Of a DNA stretch of 14,212 bases, positions 1 through 8,461 are shown piece after piece (position 1 is the stretch's first letter; each line of letters opens with the position of its first letter). The notes under the pieces were generated by a model. That model searched no databases and had not been told where the DNA came from. It saw nothing but the letters and a program-made list of their open reading frames with translations. This DNA comes from an uncultured bacterium (GTDB lineage: Bacteria; Schekmanbacteria; GWA2-38-11; J061): positions 1 to 14,212 of the forward strand of contig CAZJVM010000062.1 in the NCBI GenBank assembly GCA_964549305.1, in the 5' to 3' direction. The translations under genes and the position numbers were made by a program.

Positions 1-6
1 AAAAGC

Positions 7-37
7 GAGATTGCTTCATTGCATTCGCAAATACACA
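7..37 (-). repeat. Degenerate REP-like palindromic element (GTCATTGCGA...GAAGCAATCTC type)
   Basis: The minus strand reads TGTGTATTTGCGAATGCAATGAAGCAATCTC. This resembles the widespread intergenic element GTCATTGCGA-N-GAAGCAATCTC with a decayed GTCA tag. It lies downstream of the UbiD-family gene. Confidence 0.45.
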
Positions 38-120
38 TCTGGCAGAAGCGTGGAATCTTCCCCTACAAAAACCTTTTTTTTTATCTACTTCATGGTGAAA
101 TAAGTTGTCATTCCCGACAA

Positions 121-1524
121 TCAGTCCAGTCCGTAAGAGTCCCAGTTTTTGATTACCTTTTCGAGGATTTGGGCAGAGGGTCTTCCCGCCTCGGGAAACT
201 GTCCCGGATATCCTTCTTCTTCAAGCTTCATCGTTGCATCGAGTATCATCTTTGTAACTCCGCGCCTTCCTCCCGTCCCTACATCAAAACTCGCTCCTGG
301 CATTGAAGGAAGAAGAGTAACATCCTTTTCAAAATCAACTCTCGTTGCAATCGCCCACATCACCTGCGCCGAGTCAAAGACATCGATATCATTATCTACG
401 ACAACAACCATCTTGACCATATTACTCCACGGAAAGGAAAGAATGGCATTGCCTATCTGATTTGCCATAAAGGGCCTTTTCTTCCTTACGGAGACAATAT
501 AGATATGCCCCATGCTTGCCGCATCGAATGTCATCGACTCAACCTGAGGAATGACTTTCTTCAACTGCACCTTCTGCTGTGAAAGAAGCAGATGCCTGTA
601 CACTTCCATTTCACCTTCGGGGACCTGTCCTGTAAGACTTGTTTCAAAAACAGCGTTCTTCCTGTGGGTTATTGCCTTAACCTTTAGAACATAATTATCC
701 TTCACTCTTGTATAGTATCCCTGAAAATCATTATATGGACCTTCAGGTTTCATAATCCCGGGGTCAAGTTCGCATTCGAGTATGAATTCCGCGTTGGCAG
801 GAACTTCCGTGTCTATAGTCTTTCCCCTGACAAGTTCTATTCCCTTTCCGATAATTGCGCCTGCCTGATTCACCTCATCGTATTTTGCGGGCAAAGGCAT
901 TGCACCGCACAACCAGAGTGCAGGGTCGACGCCTATGGCAATTGAAAGAGGAAGAGGTTTTCCTTCCTTCATACTTTTTTTGGCGTGAACAAGGAGATGT
1001 CTGTTGGGAAAACCGAAATTAATATTGAGCTCGTTCTTCTCTCTTACCATCATTCTGTAAATTCCGGCATTTCTTGAGCCATATTCAGGGTCTTTGCTTA
1101 TGGAAACACCTGAGGTAAGATATCTTCCTCCTTCCTTCTCATTGTATTTTGGAATTGGAAGTGAAAAAAGATCTACATCATCACCCTCAACCACAACCTC
1201 CTGAGAAGGCGCTTTATCGACTACGACAGGGGGGAAATCGTCACGTTTTGTATTGAGATGTTCTTCGACAAACTTATCGAAATTTCCATTTTCCATCCCC
1301 ACGGCATATCTGATCCTTTCGGGAGACGCCAAAACACCTATGGCAAGAGGAAAGACCGAATCCTTGACCTTCTCGAAAAGAAGGGCGCGGTTTTTCGTTT
1401 TGGCGGATTTTACAAAAACTGCGGCAACCTCCTGATCCCAGTCAACTTCCTTCGCCACGGACTTCATCTCACCTTTTTCTTCAAGCAGTTTTATAAAACC
1501 ACGAAATCCTTCGTATTGAACCAT
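121..1524 (-). CDS. UbiD family (prFMN-dependent) decarboxylase
   Basis: 467 aa. It has UbiD hallmarks: N-terminal 'FRGFIKLLEEKGE', 'DLFSLPIP', 'EGGRY', 'RNAGIYR', 'AIGVDP', 'VPANAEFILE', catalytic-loop 'EGPYNDFQGYY', 'VVVVDNDIDVFDSAQVMWAIATR' and 'KMILDAT'. GGAG RBS upstream. Substrate unknown, so no gene symbol is given. Confidence 0.93.
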   Translation of the reverse strand: MVQYEGFRGFIKLLEEKGEMKSVAKEVDWDQEVAAVFVKSAKTKNRALLFEKVKDSVFPLAIGVLASPERIRYAVGMENGNFDKFVEEHLNTKRDDFPPVVVDKAPSQEVVVEGDDVDLFSLPIPKYNEKEGGRYLTSGVSISKDPEYGSRNAGIYRMMVREKNELNINFGFPNRHLLVHAKKSMKEGKPLPLSIAIGVDPALWLCGAMPLPAKYDEVNQAGAIIGKGIELVRGKTIDTEVPANAEFILECELDPGIMKPEGPYNDFQGYYTRVKDNYVLKVKAITHRKNAVFETSLTGQVPEGEMEVYRHLLLSQQKVQLKKVIPQVESMTFDAASMGHIYIVSVRKKRPFMANQIGNAILSFPWSNMVKMVVVVDNDIDVFDSAQVMWAIATRVDFEKDVTLLPSMPGASFDVGTGGRRGVTKMILDATMKLEEEGYPGQFPEAGRPSAQILEKVIKNWDSYGLD

Positions 1525-1574
1525 TTTCTATCTCCGTTTCTCTTGGTTGAATATTAACGGGCTATCGAATTCTC

Positions 1575-2303
1575 TCACATTTTTTTTATACCGTATTTTA
1601 TTGCATTTGCCTGCAAAGTGAAAAGCTTTTTTATCCCTTTTTCAGCATTTGAAATAAGTTTGGACAATTCATCTTTTGTAAATGCCTCTCTTTCGGCAGT
1701 TGCCTGAATTTCCACGATTTTACCTTTTTTGGTCATAACGAAGTTCATATCCACATCCGCACCCGAATCGAGCTCATAATCAAGGTCAAGCTGTATTTTT
1801 CCCTTTATAATTCCGACACTTATGGCGGCGACATAATCGGTGAGGGGGTTTGATTCTATGACTCCATCGCTTAAAAGTTTTTCAACTGCAAGACTGAGTG
1901 CCACAAAAGCGCCTGTAATGGATGCAGTCCTTGTACCTCCGTCTGCCTGAATCACATCGCAATCAATGATAATTGTTCTCTCTCCGAGTTTTTCCATATC
2001 AACCACCGACCGAAGGCTTCTGCCGATTAGGCGTTGAATTTCCTGCGTGCGACCGCTGATTTTCCCTCCTCTTTCGCGCCTGCTTCTCGTACCCGTTGAC
2101 GCGGGAAGCATTGAATATTCCGCGGTAACCCAACCAGTCCCTTTTCCGAAAAGGAACTTGGGAACTTCGTCAAGCACGCTCGCGGAACATAAAACACGAG
2201 TATTTCCCATTTCAATTAGCGACGAGCCGGCAGGATATATTACGGGCCAGGTTGTTATTTCGACCGGTCTTAACTGGGCGCTTCCCCTTTTTTTGCTTTG
2301 CAT
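1575..2303 (-). CDS. rph: Ribonuclease PH
   Basis: Signature segments '[11 protein letters not shown]', '[16 protein letters not shown]', '[19 protein letters not shown]' and 'DVDMNFVMT'. Start moved from TTG 2327 to ATG 2303 (MQSKKR), which follows an AGGAAAGGA RBS and removes the overlap with murI. Confidence 0.97.
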   Translation of the reverse strand: MQSKKRGSAQLRPVEITTWPVIYPAGSSLIEMGNTRVLCSASVLDEVPKFLFGKGTGWVTAEYSMLPASTGTRSRRERGGKISGRTQEIQRLIGRSLRSVVDMEKLGERTIIIDCDVIQADGGTRTASITGAFVALSLAVEKLLSDGVIESNPLTDYVAAISVGIIKGKIQLDLDYELDSGADVDMNFVMTKKGKIVEIQATAEREAFTKDELSKLISNAEKGIKKLFTLQANAIKYGIKKM

Positions 2304-2316
2304 AAAAATTCCTTTC

Positions 2317-3114
2317 CTAAATGTCAATACGGTGCAATTGACCGTTGAAATTATCTAAAAACACCCCGGCGGTATTTTGAAAATGCGCCGAATCATCAGT
2401 AACGAATATCTCATATTCCCCCTTTTCTTCCCCGTTTCTAATCAATGACCTTTCCTGAAGCATCTTTTCAACTGCAAGTGCGGTTTCAACGCTTGAATCC
2501 ACCAATTCAACTGAGTCTCCCATAAATTCAGAGATTGCTCCCTTCAGAAAAGGATAGTGCGTACAACCGAGAATGAGCGTATCAATACCGCTATCCTTCA
2601 AATCACTCAGATAATGTTTTATCGTCAATGCTGTTATTTGATTGTCAAACATTGCCTCCTCGGCAAGCGATACAAAGAGCGGACAAGTTACCGAATATAT
2701 CACACATTCGGGAATAAGCTTTTTCAGCGCTCTGTCATAGGCACCGCTTCCGATTGTCGCCTTTGTACCGATAACTCCTATCTTTCTGTTTTTGCTTGCC
2801 CTGAAAGCGGCATCGGCACCGGGCGCAATAACTCCCGTTACGGGAACATCATAGGTCGATTTTATAATATCTATCGCGTATGCAGACGCAGTGTTACAGG
2901 CGACAACGAGAAGTTTTACGCCTTTTTTGATGAGAAAGTCTATATTTTGAAGAGCATACCTCTTTACGGTTTCTTCCGATTTTGTCCCGTAGGGCACTCT
3001 TGCAGTGTCACCGAGATAAACGATATTCTCCCGTGGCATTCTCGCTGAAACTTCCCGAAAAACTGAAAGCCCCCCAATTCCCGAATCAAATATCCCTATT
3101 CCGCCGTTTTGCAA
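2317..3114 (-). CDS. murI: Glutamate racemase
   Basis: Motifs '[13 protein letters not shown]', 'GDTARVPYG', 'VACNTAS' and 'LILGCTHYP', with both catalytic Cys present. TTG start preceded by GGGGA. Confidence 0.97.
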   Translation of the reverse strand: MQNGGIGIFDSGIGGLSVFREVSARMPRENIVYLGDTARVPYGTKSEETVKRYALQNIDFLIKKGVKLLVVACNTASAYAIDIIKSTYDVPVTGVIAPGADAAFRASKNRKIGVIGTKATIGSGAYDRALKKLIPECVIYSVTCPLFVSLAEEAMFDNQITALTIKHYLSDLKDSGIDTLILGCTHYPFLKGAISEFMGDSVELVDSSVETALAVEKMLQERSLIRNGEEKGEYEIFVTDDSAHFQNTAGVFLDNFNGQLHRIDI

Positions 3115-3222
3115 TTATTATTTCCCCTGGATTAAAATGACACTCTGACTCTGCTTTAAAAGTTTTTTATTTTATTACCGTGAAAAGCGCCGCAGTCTTT
3201 TGAGAAAAAAACAACGGCAAAT

Positions 3223-3777
3223 CTATAATGTCCCTTCATCGCCCGACAAAAGGTAGAAAGGTTTTGAAATATCGATATGCCCGCCCAGAGTATCCTTCTC
3301 TTCGCTGTCTATTAGAATCTTGACGCCTGATTGCCCGGGAAAGTTTCTTAACACTGTAAGCACCAGACTTGAGATAAATTCTCTTTCTGCCGTTATTCCC
3401 GTTTTTCCTATCCTTTTGCCAACATTTTCAAGGTTAACATATACGATTGCATTGCCGTCGATGAAGACATCGGATATTGTAATTCCCGGGGGAAGAATCC
3501 TGCCCGATTCTGAATTTTCCTCATAAAGAAGAGTCAAGACTTTTACAATATTAACTTCAACAGGTGAATCCGCGTCAAAGGATACCACCCTCTCTTCTCC
3601 CGTAAGTCCTTCTCTGAAGGGGTAAAAGAGAGTTACACTCTTCTCAAGAGTCAGATTCTCGCTTATTTCCCCGGTTTTTAACTGTTCGGGCTTTTCTTTG
3701 TAAGCCTTCTTGCATCCCTGCAGTGCCATTATCATTACAATAGACAGCAAGACATATGAAATATTTCTTTTATTCAA
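3223..3777 (-). CDS. GerMN domain-containing lipoprotein
   Basis: Signal peptide with lipobox LQG-C. GerMN-like segments 'VTLFYP', 'ILPPGITISDVFID..IVYVNL', 'SLVLTV' and 'VKILID...TLGGHIDISKPF'. The amidase-GerMN-murI-rph order is a familiar context. Confidence 0.85.
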   Translation of the reverse strand: MNKRNISYVLLSIVMIMALQGCKKAYKEKPEQLKTGEISENLTLEKSVTLFYPFREGLTGEERVVSFDADSPVEVNIVKVLTLLYEENSESGRILPPGITISDVFIDGNAIVYVNLENVGKRIGKTGITAEREFISSLVLTVLRNFPGQSGVKILIDSEEKDTLGGHIDISKPFYLLSGDEGTL

Positions 3778-3781
3778 ACCG

Positions 3782-4582
3782 TCACCTTTCCATCACCGCA
3801 TTTTGTTCCAAAACAAAATTTTCTATACCTCTTCGAAACGCGCTTGCAATCTGAGCCATAATGCTTTCATCAAGGATCATTCTTCTGTCGGTTTCATTGC
3901 TTTCCTGAAGAACTTCAATGGAAACCGCAGGCGCGGTAACACTTCCAATCTCTCTTACAGGAGCATTTTCAATTGTGCAGGGAATTCCTCTTATCTTGGT
4001 AACTTCATTCTTTATTGACTCGGCAAGTTGCCTGCTTTCGCGTACATAGTCTGACTGCACGTTTTCAAGGAGTCTTACCTTATACGTTTTAAGCAATTCT
4101 CCGCCTGTTTTCTCCCACCATTTCTCCTCAGACTGTGCTTTCCCCAATGAAATTGCCCCCATTACATTGGACCACACATAAATTTTAACTCCCCGCACTG
4201 AAGAGTCATATGATGAACCCACGTGAAGGCTCACAAATGCGTTGGGTTTAAGTTCAACAGCCATTGCGTCCCGCTCGGCATCACTGCGCGTTACATCGGA
4301 CTGTCTCGAAAGAACAAAGGAATATCTTGATTCCTCGCTTTCCGATGGGATGATTTTGCGTGCAACTCCGAGAACAATGTTTTTTTCCCTGATTTTCTCG
4401 TTAACGGAAATTCCCAAATCCCTGCCGCCGTGACCGGGGTTGAGAATTATAATTCCTTCGGGTTTAACGGAATCAACCGTTTCCTGAGAAAAAGAGTAAA
4501 AGGCAAAGGAGAACAATAGAAGAAACACTATCGTGGAGACAACAGGTATATTCATCTCATTTTTATGTATTGCTCTTTTCAT
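3782..4582 (-). CDS. N-acetylmuramoyl-L-alanine amidase (Amidase_3 family), exported
   Basis: N-terminal hydrophobic segment. Zn/catalytic residues in 'LNPGHGGRDLG', 'REKNIVL', 'FVSLHV' and 'PAVSIEV'. The start lies 2 nt after the smpB stop; an alternative ATG is at 4555. Confidence 0.85.
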   Translation of the reverse strand: MKRAIHKNEMNIPVVSTIVFLLLFSFAFYSFSQETVDSVKPEGIIILNPGHGGRDLGISVNEKIREKNIVLGVARKIIPSESEESRYSFVLSRQSDVTRSDAERDAMAVELKPNAFVSLHVGSSYDSSVRGVKIYVWSNVMGAISLGKAQSEEKWWEKTGGELLKTYKVRLLENVQSDYVRESRQLAESIKNEVTKIRGIPCTIENAPVREIGSVTAPAVSIEVLQESNETDRRMILDESIMAQIASAFRRGIENFVLEQNAVMER

Positions 4583-4584
4583 CC

Positions 4585-5046
4585 TTATTTTCTTTCCTTC
4601 ATCTGTCTGTCAAGCTCTCTTTTCACTTCCTTTTCCCTGATTGCCTTTCGTTTGTCGTAAAGTTTTTTCCCCTTCGCAAGGGCTATTTCAACCTTGGCAA
4701 TTCCGTTTTTAAAATAAATTTTAGTGGGTATTAGTGAAAGCCCCTTCTCCTCAACACGCCCTGTAAGCTTCATTATCTCTCTTTTATTTAGAAGAAGTTT
4801 TCTTTCCCTCAAGGGTTCGTGGCCTTCATGCCCCGTATGAGAATAAGTACTGATATGACAGTTTAACAGAAAAACTTCTCCCCGTAAAACCCTTGCATAA
4901 CTGTCCCTCAAATTTGCTCTGCCTTCTCTCAGCGACTTCACTTCAGAGCCCAGAAGAGAAATTCCCGCCTCATATTTTTCAATTATTTCATATTGAAAAA
5001 ATGCTTTTTTGTTCTGTGAAACAATTTTTTTATTCTCATTTGCCAT
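4585..5046 (-). CDS. smpB: SsrA (tmRNA)-binding protein
   Basis: '[29 protein letters not shown]', '[12 protein letters not shown]' and '[11 protein letters not shown]'. Confidence 0.98.
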   Translation of the reverse strand: MANENKKIVSQNKKAFFQYEIIEKYEAGISLLGSEVKSLREGRANLRDSYARVLRGEVFLLNCHISTYSHTGHEGHEPLRERKLLLNKREIMKLTGRVEEKGLSLIPTKIYFKNGIAKVEIALAKGKKLYDKRKAIREKEVKRELDRQMKERK

Positions 5047-5246
5047 TTGATTTTATTTATAAAAAGAGATTTTATCAGGATTTCTCAACAATAACAGGCC
5101 TGAAATTATTAGCACAGGGTTTGGCAATGAATCAATACAATTCTCTCTTTATAATTCAAATGAATCGTATCAATATCATATTCGCGAATAATTTAAACTG
5201 CTCTGTTGATTTCAAATAAAATGGTATGTCAGCTTTTCAATTATAG

Positions 5247-5452
5247 ATAAGCGATAAGGGAGCGATACTCACAATCCGCTCGCCCCAAAAGGAGGTTGAA
5301 GGAATAAAGGATGTAACGCTTTCACTTCCCCTTCTTTTGGGAGAAAATGGAATCATCCCGAGCATACCGCTCTTTCTTGACCAAAAGGGAAAGGATGGGC
5401 TTGCAAAAAGCGCGGCAACAATAAAAAAACCATCAATTCACCGGACAGTTAA
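5247..5452 (+). pseudogene. Remnant of the C-terminal ~65 aa of an L-lactate dehydrogenase (LDH/MDH family)
   Basis: The frame from 5247 reads ISDKGAILTIRSPQKEVEGIKDVTLSLPLLLGENGIIPSIPLFLDQKGKDGLAKSAATIKK. This matches the LDH C-terminal pattern (D.r.ilt......v.Gv.dv.lSlP.llG..Gi.......l...e...l..SA..ik). It is preceded by an in-frame TAG (5244-5246), and no N-terminal NAD-binding domain is seen. A 1-nt shift in the A-run at 5423-5429 gives TINSPDS* ending at 5452. Confidence 0.7.
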
Positions 5453-5473
5453 ACTATCTTCTTCTCAAACTCA

Positions 5474-6448
5474 CTATCCCGAATTATTCCTTTTTACCCG
5501 CGCACGCCAGTATTCAAGAATATCGCGGAGTGTTTGTTTAAAGGAAATTTCAGGTTTCCATCCCGTTGCAGAACAAAACTTGCTGTTATCTCCCCTTAAA
5601 ACAAGCACATCTGAAGGTCTTATCTTCGTGGAATCTTTTTTGATTTCCACTTTGACTTTGCTCTCGGACAGAAGCATATGCAGAAGATCTTCCATTGAAC
5701 AATCTGTGCCAGAGCAAATATTATAGACTTCGCCTTTTTTACATTTTTCAAGCGCCAGCCAGTATGCCCTCACTACATCGCGCACATCGGTGAAATCGCG
5801 CCTTGTAGAAAGGTTTCCCACAAAAATCACGGGGTCCTTTTTCCCTGTTTCGATTTCGGCAATCTGTTTTGCAAAATCCGATGCCACAAAAACGTGTCCC
5901 CTTCTCGGTCCGGTATGATTAAACGCTCTCGTCCTTACAACATCGATGCCATAGCTTTGATAATACTGATAGCTGAGAAGGTCCTGACCTACTTTGCTCA
6001 CGGCATAAGGGCTTAAAGGTTTTAACTGGTTTAATTCCGATATTGGAAGTTCATCGGCACTTACCATTCCGTATTCTTCGCTGGAGCAGGCAATCTGAAT
6101 ACGAGGTGAAATTCCCGCGTGCCTGACCGCTTCGAGAAGGTTTAGATTCCCGATAATATTGTTTTTGATTGTTTCCGAGGCAAGATTCCAGGACGCAGAA
6201 ACGAAACTTTGTGCCGCGAGATGAAAAATTCTGTCAGGTTTTACCGAATCAATGACATTCTTAACAGAAGAGGAATCTTTAAGGTCGCATTCAAAGAGAG
6301 TTATTCTGTCAGCAATATGTTCGATATTTTCTTTATTGCTTCGCCACCTGCAGGTTCCGAATATTTTCGTATCTTCTTTACCGGCAAGGATAAAATCGGC
6401 AAGATGACTCCCCGCAAATCCGGTTATGCCTGTGATAAGGACTTTCAT
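5474..6448 (-). CDS. Extended-SDR nucleotide-sugar enzyme, GDP-4-keto-6-deoxy-mannose reductase (Rmd)-like / GDP-mannose 4,6-dehydratase family
   Basis: 'MKVLITGITGFAGSHL' (GxxGxxG), 'HLAAQSFV', 'SSEEYG', 'SPYAVSK' (YxxxK), 'RAFNHTGPR' and 'GNLSTRRDFTDVRDVV'. Start moved to ATG 6448, which follows an AAAGGCG RBS. Confidence 0.9.
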   Translation of the reverse strand: MKVLITGITGFAGSHLADFILAGKEDTKIFGTCRWRSNKENIEHIADRITLFECDLKDSSSVKNVIDSVKPDRIFHLAAQSFVSASWNLASETIKNNIIGNLNLLEAVRHAGISPRIQIACSSEEYGMVSADELPISELNQLKPLSPYAVSKVGQDLLSYQYYQSYGIDVVRTRAFNHTGPRRGHVFVASDFAKQIAEIETGKKDPVIFVGNLSTRRDFTDVRDVVRAYWLALEKCKKGEVYNICSGTDCSMEDLLHMLLSESKVKVEIKKDSTKIRPSDVLVLRGDNSKFCSATGWKPEISFKQTLRDILEYWRARVKRNNSG

Positions 6449-6504
6449 TTTTTTTCGCCTTTCAAAAAGTGAAGGGAAAAAATTTCTAAATTTGACTAAT
6501 GAAA

Positions 6505-6960
6505 CTAACCGTTTTTTATGTTCCACTCATAGGGAATCTCGCCTGAATCGGGAGAAACCCTGAATTCATCAGGCGATTCGTAATTATAAAGTTCAGTGGG
6601 AAGATTAACAACAAACGCTTCATTTTCGCTTATGCACATAAAACCGTGCAATACGAGAGGAGGTATCTGCAGAAGCATAGGATTGTGCTCACCCATAAAA
6701 AATTCATTTATTTCACTGTGTGTCTTCGAGTCTTCGCGCCTGTCGTAGAGAACAACTTTCATCATTCCTTTTACGACAATAAAATTATCACATTGCTTTT
6801 TATGATAGTGCCATCCTTTGACTACTCCGGGATATCCCGTTGTAAGATAAACCTGACCGAATTTTATAAAAAGATCATCATCTGAGCGAAGCATTTCCAT
6901 CAAACGTCCTCTCTCATCTGGTATAACCTTAAGTTTTTTGGTCTTCACGCCCTCTATCAT
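6505..6960 (-). CDS. dTDP-4-dehydrorhamnose 3,5-epimerase (RmlC)-like cupin
   Basis: 'IPDERGRLMEML', 'FGQVY', 'PGVVKGWHYHKKQ', 'LYDRREDSKT' and 'IPPLVLHGF'. GGAGG RBS at 6970-6974. Confidence 0.9.
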   Translation of the reverse strand: MIEGVKTKKLKVIPDERGRLMEMLRSDDDLFIKFGQVYLTTGYPGVVKGWHYHKKQCDNFIVVKGMMKVVLYDRREDSKTHSEINEFFMGEHNPMLLQIPPLVLHGFMCISENEAFVVNLPTELYNYESPDEFRVSPDSGEIPYEWNIKNG

Positions 6961-7023
6961 TATCGAATACCTCCCGAAGCAAATAGTTAATTTACTGCAT
7001 CTTGTGATTCTTTACGCAATTAA

Positions 7024-7053
7024 AAAATATCACAATAGGGTTTTTAGGGTCAA
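7024..7053 (-). promoter_or_regulatory. Candidate sigma70 promoter for the epimerase/SDR pair
   Basis: Minus strand TTGACC (7053-7048), then 18 nt ending in TGA, then TATTTT (extended -10-like), in an AT-rich intergenic region. Confidence 0.35.
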
Positions 7054-7093
7054 TTCAAATTAATTGCAGATTTTAATAAAGTAAAATCATCTT

Positions 7094-8416
7094 TTAATGA
7101 ATTACTCTGAGAAGAAATTCATCATAGGAAAATTCGGGGTCTTTATCTTTGGTATGGCATACTATACAGATTTTTTGGGATATTGACGGCGATTGTTTAC
7201 CTGAATCGGGATGTTCTTCATCAACACCGTGACAACTTGTACATCCCACGGAAATCATTTCAGGAGTTTTTTCATAATTGATGAATCCTCCGTCTCTCCC
7301 ATATCCTGTTGTATGACAGTAGAGGCACTCAGGGTCATATTCACGCCCCACGTTGACAAGGGCGTCAAAGGCGCGGGAATGAGGAGTTTCAATCCACTGG
7401 TCGTATTGTTCGCTGTGGCAATCAGAGCAATTTTCATTGGCAGAATAATTATTCCAAAGTCCTGCTCTGTATGCATCGAGTTCGGGAATGCTTTCCCCTT
7501 CCTTTGTGCTCTTTTTGACTTCATCGAGATAGGCAAGAAAAAGTTTCTCGGTTTTTTTGTTCGCGGGAATGAGTTTGGACATAGCTATGAATTCATCATC
7601 GATTTGCGCAATTTCATTTTTTTCATTTAAAGTTATTTCAAGTCTTCCCAGATACTCTCCCTCTTTGCCCGCGTTAAATACAGGCACTCTCCCCTCATTG
7701 GTGCGATGGGGATAACCTTCCTCCCAGTGACCTTCAATGACAAAAGATACATCGTGGTATTTATTGGATAAATCAACGGCATCTGCAATAGTGCCGTGTG
7801 AAAGAAGAATGATAATGTCCGACTTATTTTTAAGATATCCAATATATTGCCTTATCCGGGAATCACTGTCATTTATGAGGATAGTTCTATTCAACTTTTC
7901 TTTATTCAATATTCCATTTTCAATTGCCGTAATTGAAATCACTGCAATCTTAACGCCCTTTATCTCTCTTATAAAATATGGAGGAAACAGAAGAGAGTTT
8001 TCATCCTTTTTAAATATTGTAGTTGATATAAATGGCAGTTGTTTTCCGGAAACTTCATTTAAAAAAAAGGTCGTCCCTTCGCTTAAATCCGCCTCGCCCG
8101 GAATTATTGCGTCATAATCAAGAAGCGCGTAGGCATTTAGAATATAGCCGAGTTTTCTGCTCTCAAAGGTTGACATCTGAAGAGGAAAGATATCGCCACC
8201 GTCAAGAAGAAGCAGGTCTCCCTTTTCTTTTCTGATTTTCTCAACCATATAGGCACGCTGTGATATTCCTCCGAAAGGATTCCCGGGACAACCGCAGGCA
8301 AGAAAGGTATTGCGCGTGCTTGAAGTAAAGAGAACAGTAACCTGCTTTGCAGAGAGAAAAGATGGGAAAGTAAAAATACTTAAAAATAAAATGATGATTA
8401 CTCTTTTAAGTTTCAT
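7094..8416 (-). CDS. Exported UshA-like (degenerate metallophosphoesterase) domain fused to a tetraheme cytochrome c (c554-like) domain
   Basis: Signal peptide. N-domain 'VLFTSST..FLACGCPGNPFGGISQRA..LLLLDGGD..PGEAD..ILLSHG..IEGH..GEYLGRLEI'. C-domain has four CxxCH motifs: CSDCH 7415-7429, CLYCH 7313-7327, CTSCH 7229-7243 and CIVCH 7154-7168, plus a C-terminal His. Confidence 0.85.
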   Translation of the reverse strand: MKLKRVIIILFLSIFTFPSFLSAKQVTVLFTSSTRNTFLACGCPGNPFGGISQRAYMVEKIRKEKGDLLLLDGGDIFPLQMSTFESRKLGYILNAYALLDYDAIIPGEADLSEGTTFFLNEVSGKQLPFISTTIFKKDENSLLFPPYFIREIKGVKIAVISITAIENGILNKEKLNRTILINDSDSRIRQYIGYLKNKSDIIILLSHGTIADAVDLSNKYHDVSFVIEGHWEEGYPHRTNEGRVPVFNAGKEGEYLGRLEITLNEKNEIAQIDDEFIAMSKLIPANKKTEKLFLAYLDEVKKSTKEGESIPELDAYRAGLWNNYSANENCSDCHSEQYDQWIETPHSRAFDALVNVGREYDPECLYCHTTGYGRDGGFINYEKTPEMISVGCTSCHGVDEEHPDSGKQSPSISQKICIVCHTKDKDPEFSYDEFLLRVIH

Positions 8417-8461
8417 AATAGATTTATTAGCTTATTGAAAATAAAAAATCTACAAGGAGAT

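Noticed and set aside
5109..5219. Possible second gene relic on the minus strand (LFEINRAV*IIREYDIDTIHLN..., faintly glycosyltransferase-like)
   Set aside because: Too short, AT-rich and interrupted by stops to support by eye; it would need BLASTX.
5047..5473. tmRNA (ssrA) or another ncRNA next to smpB
   Set aside because: No GGGG 5' end, T-arm or CCACCA 3' end was seen. The GC-richer part is better explained by the LDH fragment.
5337..5726. 129-aa + strand ORF as a real gene
   Set aside because: Its 5' part is the LDH remnant, and the rest is frameshift read-through antisense to the SDR gene.
6449..6526. 26-aa N-terminal extension of the SDR from the ORF track
   Set aside because: It overlaps the epimerase gene. 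The family-typical start MKVLITG at 6448 has its own RBS.
8288..8296. Selenocysteine recoding in the UshA-like protein
   Set aside because: The codons are TGC-GGT-TGT and the ORF has no in-frame TGA.
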